From NCBI RefSeq assembly GCF_009834535.1, contig NC_045697.1:102488001-102552000 (forward strand): a stretch of 64,000 nucleotides of DNA. Direction: 5' to 3'. The position numbers were made by a program, and so were the translations under genes. Positions 24,906-36,400 of the stretch are shown here, piece by piece. The notes beneath the pieces are model-generated. The model was not told the origin of the DNA and made no database searches. It worked only from the letters and a program-made list of their open reading frames with translations. The number at the start of each line of letters is the position of its first letter. The first letter of the stretch is position 1. The stretch is from Camelus ferus (taxonomy: Eukaryota).

Positions 24906-25019
24906 GTTGGCTTTTTAAATTTTATTTATCTTTGCTCTGGCTATGTTAATTTTATTTTAGTGTTATCCTCACTAAAGGTACTTGTTTGTAATAAAAAAAA
25001 AGAATATAGGAGCAAATAA
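24906..25019 (+). CDS. HHIP: Putative alternative C-terminus of a short HHIP isoform (intron-4 read-through, 37 aa + stop)
   Basis: Frame stays open past the donor: VGFLNFIYLCSGYVNFILVLSSLKVLVCNKKKEYRSK*, TAA at 25017-25019. Resembles my recollection of the short human HHIP isoform C-terminus. Confidence 0.6.
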   Translation, partial: VGFLNFIYLCSGYVNFILVLSSLKVLVCNKKKEYRSK

Positions 25020-28000
25020 GGAGACAACATAAGGGAACAATAATTATGGCAACTAAATCAGGGTGGTGACATTACATTTTTAATGGTTTTTGGTGGCTAT
25101 TAAGCCATGCAATCAGATTGCTATTTTGACATGGTTTTCCCATGTAATTTACATATTTAAAAATAAGTCTTACTTTTATAAAGTATTTGTTTAAATATTG
25201 TCTAACAGGCATAATACTTAGAATCGTGTATCAACATTTGCTAGCAGAAACAAAGAGGTCTTTTGATTATTTTGGTAATTGCCAATCATTCTTTTACTGC
25301 ATCTGTTTGAGTCTGTGTCATTAAAAACGCTACTACTTCCTCCAACAATATTTTTACAGGTAAGTCAAATAGTTTTATCTATAATTAGCCACTTTTATAA
25401 TATACAAGCACATTTATTGCCTTCTTTCCCACTTCTCCAATTTGAATTCTTATGTTAAATAATCTAGTAGGGATATCAATAAAATCGTTGTCTTTTGTTT
25501 TGCAATAGAGAAACATGGTACAGTATTTAGCAGCACTAAGCTGTAAGACAAACTGGTGTTCTGAGGCTAAGACATTTGACAGTTCATGACAGTTTTAGAA
25601 TGAAGCAGATTAACGGTATGATTTGGAAAGAACTGGTCATCTTTTTCATTTCTAAACTAGAAACAAAATCAAAGGAGCATTTCTACTCTTCGATTCATAT
25701 AGAGATAAGCTCTTCCTGGCTTTGTGGAGTTCTACTCAAAGGTGAGAACATCAGAACCAGAAGAAACAAATCAGAAAAAAATATGAATATACTCCTGATG
25801 CCCATCTGTTCAGTACCTACCCTGTAAAATAATTACGATGACTTAATTAGAGTACAGAAAATGCCTGTTGTTGGGGCCACCCAACCTCAAGGTCACATAG
25901 TGACAGCATCACCCAGATGTACTGCGTAGTAAGAGAAGTACCTTGTGGTACTTGTGGGCCTTTGAGGAAAAGGACTTCAGCATCAAGACACAGATCATTT
26001 GGGAAAGCTGTTTAAATCAGTAGTTTCCACTTTCTCCCAGTCAAATTTTTCATTACAGTTCACAGCAAATAATTGAAAGTCTCTTGCAGGGAAGCGTTAG
26101 TGTTTTGCACATCAGAGTTCAATAAATACATTCTGACATGGGTTCGGATAGCTAGCTGCCAGTGGTACCTCAGAAGAAAAGGGTAAAGATGCAGCAGCAA
26201 GCACGTCACCCGCTGGAAGTGTGATTTTCTTTCCGTGAAAGTTAAACATGCTTTCTGTGGAAGGAAACACTGGGAAAGTATTTAAAAATCATCATCTATA
26301 ATCCCATCAATTAAAGAAGATGACTTAACATTTCAATACACTTTCTTCCAGTTTTTATATTAAAATTCAATAAATTTTTCCTGACTACAAAGGTCATATA
26401 GGTCCACACTAATAAACGTGGAATTACAGAATGTGTTTTCCTGTAGCTTTTTTCTGAAGAAGCTTTAAGATAAAATTGAAATCAAACCTTAGATATATCT
26501 TTTTAGCTTTCTCTTTTCACCTCCCATATGTCATGCGTATGCTAGCAGATTGGGAAGCTTTTCTCAAAAACTTAGCTTTTTTCCATCTCTTTTGAGTATT
26601 CCACTTCCTTATTGTGAGATAAATTTAGGATGACCATAGTATTTTCTTTTTTTATCATTGTATGTAATGTTATTTATCATTCTTATATATATTATTTAGC
26701 CTGATCGTGGATGATTTCTTCAAAATTCACTAACGGAAAGAGCATCAAGTTGAAGGATATATACCATGATCCGCAATGCCAGTTTACTCCAAAATATACT
26801 AGATCTCTGAACATTTGAAAACAGAGTTTTCAAATACTATTTTACTTAAAATGTTGGTGCTAAAATATATATATGATAAAATGTAGGTGAAAGAAATGTG
26901 CTCAGAATACTCCAAGATTTTGTTGTGTGAAGTAAAAACCATTGTTCTTGTTTCTACTTCAATTTAACTGCCTAAAGAATGCCTCTCTTCTGATTAGAGT
27001 AATTTCAGAATCCCTCTTTTTTTTTTTTTTTTTTTCATTTACACCCATTCACTGGGATTATTGAATGAAAATTTATCTTCTCTGAGTTTGAGGCATTCCA
27101 TTGTGCGGTAAGCCTGTAACAGACCAAGTGACGGCAGTGCTGTGATTCTGCAGAACCTTTTTTGACCTTCCTTTCCTAGCAGAACTGCAGGGCTTCTGGA
27201 GCTTAAAATAAACTTCCAACTCCATTCTTCCACATATGTAGAATACAAACTTCTATGTATGTAGAGTTACCTAAAATGATGTATTTTAAAGTGCGTGTTT
27301 TGGATTCCCTTAGAATTTGACACTAGTGATGTGAATAAGGTAGGAATCTATCACATGGATTTTTGAGTGTGTACCTTATGGTGAGTAACAGGATCACATC
27401 CTCACCACCTCAAGTAGGTAACACAGCAACTGGCCTTTAGCCCAGTCTCTGAGGAACTCCTGTCACAAGTCACGGATTGGCAGTGTTAGAAGTGACTACC
27501 GTTGGTTTGATGAGGCAGATACCAACCCACTCATGAGCTGATTTTACCATTGATTTCTGTGGTATGCCCCTTTGAGACTTCTGAAGTGAAGACATCATCA
27601 TAGCTGTTTCATAGTAACTTTTTGGGCTTCTTGATATTTGAATGTTAGTGTGTTTATGGTGGTGTTCTTTGTTTATCGGTGATCATTTTGCATGGATAAT
27701 GCAAATAGGAATTTTCATAAATTTCATAAATGATTATGCATATCACTTCTCTATTCTTTCAGTTTTAAAATTCTAAGAGGAAAGGGATAAAGCTATTTTA
27801 ATAGACCAAAGTATTGACTGCAGTACTCAAAGCATGGAATTAATAGTGTATACTAAACGCAACCTTCGTATGTTTGAAATGAACATAGGACAAACTACAG
27901 TGGTGATCCCACCATGATATTAATGAATGATCAGTATGAGTATATTTAATCAGACATAAAGAAGAATTCTTTGATTATAAGAGTTTCTAAAAGCTAGTGC

Positions 28001-28861
28001 TGGTTATAAGGGAATCTGGAATTCCTTTTCTGCTTACTGTCAATTAAGAATTGACAGTGATTTCTGTCACCTGGTAAAGGACTGACCCTTTTGTGGCAAA
28101 GAGCTGGACTTGGTGGATCTCCTTAAACCTCTACCAGCCCTGATTCTTATATCTCCAGCAAAGAGCCAATCATACAGGGAAGTTGGACAACCCCTCCCCA
28201 AATGGATCCTGACTGAAGCTAAAAATATGGTGTCTTTTTTAAAACACCCAGATTCTCCTGCCTGTATTGTAGGAGATTTCAGTACCCTGTGTGTGTATTG
28301 TTTCACTTAGGAAAATTACAAGCGAAAATGCAAATCACCAGTAACGAATTAACTTCTCTTTGCTATCGGAAATGAACCGTGGAGTTGGATTAATGGAGTA
28401 ACTTCTGTGCCGTATGAATTTAAATGGCCATTTCATTTAGGAAAAGGTGATTCCATTCCCAACAGCTCAAATCCTCGAAGATGGAGCTTTGTGAAATCGC
28501 CAAGAGTGAGTCAGAAATATGTTTTGAAACTAGGTAGTGGTTTGCTAGATCGTTGGTGACACTGAACAAGCTGACCACTTGTTAGTTCATTGAACAAGCT
28601 GGCCAATAGTACTGACACTATGAAAAATGTCTCAAGTGTCCAACTGGTGAGCAGACTTTAAAATCTTCATTGTGTATGTGTGTGTGGGGGGGGTGAGGGG
28701 CATGAACCTTGTTTGTGGTTGATGTTGTTTTATCCCAAAGAGGGACATTTCCAAGGTGATTTGGAATTTTTAAATTGAGCTTGTACCTGAATTTAGAGTC
28801 AGCACTTCTGGCAAGTCCTAGAACCAGCCTCATTTATGTGAGGTCCCTGGGAATGATAGAC

Positions 28862-29015
28862 CAGCGGTTTTCCAGGATGGCCGCACAGTAGAATTGCTTG
28901 GGAGCTTTAAAATATCCCACTGTCCAAATTAAATCAGAATATCTGGAGTTGGGACCCAGGCATTGGTATGTTTTTCAAGTTTTTCAGGTGATTTCAGTGC
29001 ATAACCAAACCCCTG
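28862..29015. mobile_element. MER5A-like hAT-Charlie element
   Basis: agaattgcttgggagctttaaaa...aattaaatcagaatatctggagttgggacccaggcattggtatgttttt...caggtgatt. Confidence 0.7.
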
Positions 29016-30385
29016 GGTCACCTGAACAAGGAATGAGACAATTTTCTCTGCCTAGTCTCTGCCCTAATTCTACTACTGAGATGACCACTGGGAGCAAACA
29101 GTTGGACACCAGTTTTCACTGCCCTGTACATTGTGTCAATTACTTGACCTACACATGTTCCTTGTCTGCTTTGAGCAAGATGAGTTAACTCTGGCAGCGT
29201 TGTAAGAGTCTTGATATAAAGTTTTGAAAAATGACATTTAAAAATCTCAACAGTTATTTCTAATTGGACAATTGCTTAACCCTGTGTGGTTTTTTTTTTC
29301 CATTTTTGTTCCCTTTGGGAATTGGATATTCAGCTAGTTGGCAAAACTGTTCTCATTCCTGTTCCTAAAATATGTAGTTTTTGCTATTAAATCTAAAAAC
29401 ACTTGTTAAAAAAATGACAAGGACACTGGAAGTTACTCTGTTGTAATTTTACCAAACTTCCCCTGGCCACTGAGGATCTGAAAGTCAGCCTTAGCTTTGC
29501 GTGTGTGCAGCAGTAAGGACAAGCCTGCACCTGTCATCTCCAGGGTCCTCCCCTCCCCGGGGAACACACACTGTCCTTGTGGTGGATTGGAGGACCGAGG
29601 GGCTTACACCCACAGCAGCATGCAGCAGACAGAGCTCAAGATTTGTCTGTCATTGGAACAAGTGTGCCTGGACCCCGTCCCTCTCTATCTCTTTGCATCC
29701 TCATTTCAAAAGATGCTTTTCGAAGCAGTCCTTTTACCAGGGGAGGAGAGCACGTAAGGCTGGAAGCTGCTGTTTGTCCGGGTGAGTGAGCCCATTGACA
29801 TGGGGCTCTTGAGAGACAGTGGCCGCGGCGCCCAGGAGCCACAGAAGCATGTGGAGGAGGATGCAGGTTACGCCGGAGCAGGACCTGACTGGGCAGCCTC
29901 TGATTTCACAGGCTTGTAAATCACGTGCATAATTATGAGCAGCGAAAGTTTGGTGAAATGTAAGTGCTCATCAGCCCATTGGGGTTGACGTCCCCGTTTT
30001 CTGAAGTTTGTCAGAGACCTTACCTTTTGCATTTTCCTCTGTCTTTAACTGGCAGTCATATGGCAGGCAGCCCATGAAGTGTTAGTGTATTTTTGTTTAA
30101 GTGAAATGAGTCAGAGCATAAATGAGAAGCCATGTGCTTTTCAAAAGTGGTCTTGGAAACAGCACACACACACATATGGTGATGATTGTGTTGCATATCA
30201 AATGCTTTCTCATAAAATTGTTAGAACTCTGCTTTTAAGCATCCTTTGATTTAAGCATCCTTTGGGTTGAAAGGAGGTGTGTTCAGTTGAAAGAAAGCAG
30301 CAACATTTATTTAATATAGTTACTAAACATTACAATAGAAGAATCACCATTCTGGAATGTTTTTGTATACATGACATTTTTAGTG

Positions 30386-30710
30386 TTTTTTTTTAATTTA
30401 TTTTTATTGAAGTATGGTCGGTTTACAATGTTGTATTAATTTCTGGTATACAGCATTGTGATTCAGTTATATATGTATAACTTTTCATACTCTTTTTCAT
30501 TATAGGTTATTACAAGATATTGGATATAGTTCCCTGTGGTATACAGTAGGGCCTTGTTGTTTATCTGCTTTATATACAGTTGTTAGTATCTGCAAATTCC
30601 AAACAGACTCACAGACATAGAAAACAAACTTGTGGATGTCTGGGGGAGGATATTGGAGGGTGGAGGAATAAATTGGGGGTTTGGGATTTGCAGATACTAA
30701 CTACTATATT
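30386..30710 (-). mobile_element. Short LINE-1 3' end with 5' inversion
   Basis: Poly-T plus L1 3'UTR on the minus strand (30386-30600) joined to a plus-strand L1 3'UTR piece aaacagactcacagacatagaaaacaaactt... (30601-30710). Confidence 0.85.
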
Positions 30711-31879
30711 TGAAAGTTTTTGTCCTATCAAATTACTTCATTACAAGTTATTAAATATCTAAAAGAGAATTTCTGTAGTGGTGGAAATAGCTGTTAGCTA
30801 AATTCATTCTAAAAGTGGTAGAAAGTTAATGGAATAGTTTTCCCCCAAATAAAAACTTCTAAATGCCTTCTTTTTTTGGGTAGTTTAAAATTCTGGTTCC
30901 AAACCATTAACATGTAGATCCCCAAGTAAAAAATTTTACTGCAGTTATTTTTTATATCAAGGTAGTAATGATATGGTATTAAATCCAACTGTCTTTATTT
31001 TATTGAGTGTTGCTGACACTACATCAAAATGCCCTGTACTGTGTAAAAATGTTCTTTTCAATTTTTAAATAAGTCTAATCTCATTTTAAATCTACTGTGA
31101 CTGTCCACAGGGAAATCATTTTTTGTGTGTGAAGCAAAAAGTCCCTAGGTCATGGGAAATAATCTTGGTGTGATTTTCTGTTTGGTTAAATTAATTTCAT
31201 TTCTGCTGCTCTTACTTCTTTATTTTGGCATTTGCAATACTATTGATAAAACATTTTAATAAATATAAATGGACAGAGGTATGCTATATCTCTGTAGTAT
31301 GAGCCAGTTTAATCTATAAGTCACTCTCTAGCATGCATCGTTTTTTGAGTGAAGCAGACATGGAGAATGTAAGGTCCCTCTGGTTGAGTAAAGACCTGCT
31401 TTCTCCTACGTTTTAGGTCCCATAAGTCACAGCTGAGGTGAGGAAAGTTTTTATGTGAATGTCTTTATATTTATCTAAGACTTGAAGGGCAAAGGAAATA
31501 GAGTCTATAAATCTCAGAAGCCCTATGGTAATCATTTAAAACAAGCGAAAAACCGAGAAATCTGGACCCTACAGAAGGTCTCTACCACCTTTAAATCGCA
31601 TCTGTCTGGACCCGGCAGCCACCACCTCGCGGTTTCTGACTAGAAAGGGAAAAGGGGAGAGTTGTTGGTAACATGAGTTGGCGCGGCTCTCCAGTGGCTC
31701 TATTATCTAGTGAAAAGGAAATCCCAGGTGTCAGAAAACTATCTCTGTATCGTAGAAAGTAGCACAGCATTCCCTTTTAGAGACATTCAATAGCTTTTCT
31801 TTCCCAGTACTATATATAGTCTTCAAGCCAGCCATGATGTTAGCAAGGATGCTCTAATCTGCTTTCTTACTAATTATAA

Positions 31880-32090
31880 CCACCATTATTTAAGCATTTG
31901 CTTTCCTAAGCCATTACCTAAAGTACCTCTGTAATCCTTCCAGTCACCTAGTGAGGCAGGTATGAATATCCCATTTCACAGATGAGAAGACTGAGGCCCA
32001 GAAGTTAAGGGAACTGCCCAAGAGAACACCGTTAGCTAGTACCAGAGCTGGATCTCCTAGGCAGTTGTCGGACGCCCTGCCCTCCACCAC
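31880..32090 (-). mobile_element. MIR SINE
   Basis: Core atcccatttcacagatgagaagactgaggcccagaagttaagggaactgcccaag. Confidence 0.8.
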
Positions 32091-32229
32091 GGGGCTCTGC
32101 CACTCGGTGCTTCTGACCGGCAGCGCTGCACAGGAGGTGAGGCTGGGAGCACGAACGTTCAAGAAGCAGAGACTGGTGATGGGATGTAGGCATGCTCAGG
32201 TGCTGCTCGTCCTGGCTGGTAGGACGGTG

Positions 32230-32450
32230 AGGAGGCTGAGGGCTTAGATCTAGCGTCAGGCAGAGAGACTTGGCTTCTAGTCACTGTGTCGACACCATGT
32301 GTGGGTTCTCTGACCCTGGGCGAGTTATTTAACCTCTAGGCTAGGGTTCTTCATCTGTAGACTGGAGGTGATAAAAGGTTGCACCTACCATTTACAGGCA
32401 CAATCTCACATGAATCCAAAGTACTTTGTAAGCGTTCACTGTTACCATCA
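32230..32450 (+). mobile_element. MIR SINE
   Basis: tgaccctgggcgagttatttaacctct...ttcttcatctgtagactggaggtgataa. Confidence 0.7.
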
Positions 32451-35400
32451 TCTGTCATACTGACATGAAATGACTCACCAGCTCCAGTGGCCACTTAGCT
32501 ACACTCCCTGGTATTTAACAACCCCCCTTAATATGGGATTGGATGATAATTTATGGAGATTCTATGATAGTGTTCAACTTTGCACCAAAATTATATGGCA
32601 GTCCATTGGAAACAAAGTTATACTGATGTATGTATGTATGCGGATTTTCTTCCATTCAAAAAGTTAAACCTAGAATCTGTTTTTATTTAAATATATAACC
32701 AGAGGAAGAAAACATCTTCATTTTTACATCATCACCTTTTGGCATTAGGTGTGGGGCATTGCTACCTACCTCATGATGCAAAAATCCCCAGTTCTGGAGT
32801 GTCTCAGAGCACATGCCTCACCATGATTAAGCACAAAGCAGCCAACCCATGAGTACGGCAGCAAGCTTTCATCAGCATTTCCTTGCTTTCAGAGTAGTTT
32901 TTCTCAACCTGGATATTATAGTAATGTAGGTCTTTTTGTGTGCTTATTTTGGAGCATGGTTTGTGTCACTCTGCCATAGAGTTAATAAATTGTAGGATTT
33001 GCAAAGGAAATACACTGAGACTGAAAACTAAGAAGGCATATATTTTTGCCCACTAGCCACTATTGCTCAAAGCACAGATTTAGAATCTCGGGATTTGGGT
33101 GGGGAGCAATTGAGCAAAGTTGCTGTAAAATTAACATGTAAGGTCATGATACAAAGAGTGTTCTACTCAACAAAATATTTTTTTTTAAAGACAGATCAGT
33201 AAAACTGTCCTAGGAAATCAGGGAAGGGAGAAGTTTGAAGGAAGTTTTCAAAATTAAACAATACAACAGACATCAGTTAATTTATCATGAAATGTGCAGG
33301 AGATCAGGTGCAAGAATATATAAATGGAATGACCTCAACTTCCTCCCTCTCAGACCCCGGGCTGCAGTAGACCCTTTTCCTATCACATTAATTCAGTACT
33401 TTACAGAAAACTTCCTAAATCTGTAAGCATGTTTGTTCTTTGATTTGTGTCTTCCTATCTAAGACCAGTTTGGGGAGTTTGCTGATGCAGCATTTTGCTT
33501 TTAACAGACTTCTTTCATTTTTACATTTATAAACTAAATATAGAGAAAGTTATTTATACAATATATAATATTTATGTACAATAAATGTTATCAATTACTA
33601 TAATACATTTTAATGTTATTAATTCATGGTTTTCAACAATTGACATTTAGTTTTGTTTTTTAAGTCTGAAAGTGTGCAGTTATGTTGAACTATCATAATA
33701 TCAAAGTGGCCAGAACTGAGGACATTTTGAAAAAATGAGTCACTGCCTAGAAATTAAAATCATCTTTGGAGATGCTGTTTATTGAGACCATTCTATAACG
33801 TATTATAATGAGAAAACCTTGAGAAAATCTTTTTCTCCATCATGTCGTTTTCTAACCCAGCTTGATTTTGTGATACTAGGTGACAATACACACAGTCATA
33901 GTGACTTTCAGGAATTACTATCCAAAAGGAAGTAAAATTTGAATGCTTCCTCTAGTGAATTTCTGTTTTACTCTATCTGGGCCTGCCATATTCAATTTAT
34001 TTTAAATTCATCTATTCGTTCATTTTAAAATGTTGTGCAGTTTCACAGGCCTACACTTCAAATTACAGAAAATTTGTTAAAAAAAATAATTATTTGTTTA
34101 AGATAAAATATGTGCTAATTAATTACTCCATCATACATTTATGTAGTGGGCCAAAACAGAAAAGGAGCATCAATGAATTTGATCTACACTAATTCCATCA
34201 TTGCTAGTGGTTGAAGTTATTTAATCTGATTGTAAAACTGAACCCAATAAACTGAAGCTATTATATTAAAATAAAACATATGACAAAAGATCTTAAAGAT
34301 TTATATATTGCCTCAGAATTCTTGATAAATGAATGTTCCTTCCAAATATTCAAATATTGAATATTCTGGCTTTCTCTTTAAGAGTAACTAAATTCTCTAC
34401 TTCTCTTTTTTTCATTCTAATAAGCTGTTTCTAAAACAGCCTCTTATCCTAAAGCACCTTTGATCCAAATGGATCACAAACTTAAATAAAATGACATTTG
34501 TCCTCAGGCTGTTTCTCACTAGGGAAAACACATCTGTTCTAAGAACCCTTAGCCAGCAGTTTGAAACTGTTCTGAAGAATTCCTTTAAAAAAAAGAAAAG
34601 AAAGAAAGAGAAAAAGACTGTGTGCACAGTATGAATGGAAGATGCTTGAGGTTGGGAAAAAATTAGGAAAGTGCTAACCCTTAAGAGGATAAAAAGATAA
34701 CTGAATTTAATTCCTATTAAAGTCTCGGCCTTTCTATGAAAGATTTAGTGATCAGACTCCCACAGTGCAAATATCTTTGTGGATGGATGTGAACACACCT
34801 GTTCAGGAAAAGTGAAACAAAACTTGAACTGACTCCCGCCACACACAGGTCACCAAACATCTGTCATAAGTTATCAATTACCAGCCTAGACTGGACTCAA
34901 GCTTGTGACCTGAGGTTGAAAAAGCCGCATAGCTCATTCTGCCTCTTACCCAGTCTGTGGTTTTGTTCTGTACCACTGTTAAAGCTTCTGTTTAAATCTC
35001 CAGGGGTTTGGAAGATCAGATTGACCCTGTGACATTAATAATGTATTTATGCCAAGGTTTTCCACACACACCACCCTGGGGCTGATCTTAGTTAGGATTT
35101 TGTGACTTGCAGTAATGTAGCTAGCTCCAAAAAGATTTACCCAATAGTTGGCATAGTTCGTTAATTGCACAAGTTCCTTAATTGCAACCTAAAGACAATA
35201 TCTCCTTGTCCAAGGAAGGCTCTGTGTGTGCATGTGCACCTGTGTGTATGTATGTGTGTGTGTGTATGTGTCTTAAGATTTAGGCTTTGATTAAATGTCA
35301 GTACATATAAAACTTCTGCATAAAAGTAAACAAATGAAACAAAGAAAAACAAACAAAAAAAGTCTGACAGGCACCACTAACTAGGTGAGCTTCTTCCCTT

Positions 35401-36029
35401 GTAAATAACTATTAAAATTTGCGGCAACAGCATCAGTTGTCAACGCCTTGGTTCCCACATGTGTCTCTTTCTTGTAATGTCCCACCTCAGTTGGTTATGT
35501 GTGAGAACTAAGCTCTGGATGGCGACCGCACTCATCCACTGAGTTTGCCCTTGGTTGCGTGATTTGGAGCAGTCTGCTTAATCTTCTGGGATCTCTGCAT
35601 CCTCATCTTTGACATCAGAGGACTAGGCTAAATGATACCTTAGGTCTTTTCTATCTCTAAAATTCTTGTGAAACAGCAGTGCAAGTCTCCAACGCTTTCC
35701 AAGAAAACTATGGTAAAGAGAAGCAGTCAGTGTGACCCCAGCATGGCAACTCCCTACTTGCTCGGGCTCAGAGGGTGTAGGGCTTACTTTGCTTTACTCT
35801 GTTTTTGTTTTTTCTCCCCTTTGTACCGATACAGAAACACAGGCAGTGTCTCCCAATGCAGAGCCCACTGGGCACCCTGCTGCACTGTCAGGTGCCCTCG
35901 CCTTTCTGTGTGGTCACTGTTACTCCAGTGAAACTTTTAAAAGCTGCCTAACTCAGCATAAAGTGAGACTTCGCATTTCAGTTAATGGAAATATAATGTC
36001 TTTAATGTGTAGGAATAACAGGGCGGTAA

Positions 36030-36400
36030 ATTTTCAAACCTGAGCTTGAAGGTAAAAGTAGATCATGACCTTGAAGTGGGCAGTTTTTGGTGTGCTAGGG
36101 AAGACACCAGTATGGAGCTGAGTGAAGGAAGAGGAGCGTCACCCTGGGAGATGAGATTGCAGAGTTGAGCATCTGTGTGGTGATGGTGGGGGTAGAAGGT
36201 GTGCATCAGATAATGTAGGGTCTTACATGTCCTCCTAAGGTCTTTGGCTTTTACGGTGAATGAAACGGGGAATCACTGGAGGATTTTGAACCCAAGAGCG
36301 ACATGATCTGACTTAAACTTTTTAAACAAGATCAGTAGCTGCTATGTAGAGATAGCAGGCTAGGCGGGGCAGGGGTGGAAGCAGGGACATGGGGAAGAAT
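36030..36400 (-). mobile_element. LINE-2 fragment
   Basis: taaggtctttggcttttacggtgaatgaaacggggaatcactggaggattttgaa...gacatgatctgactta. Confidence 0.65.
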
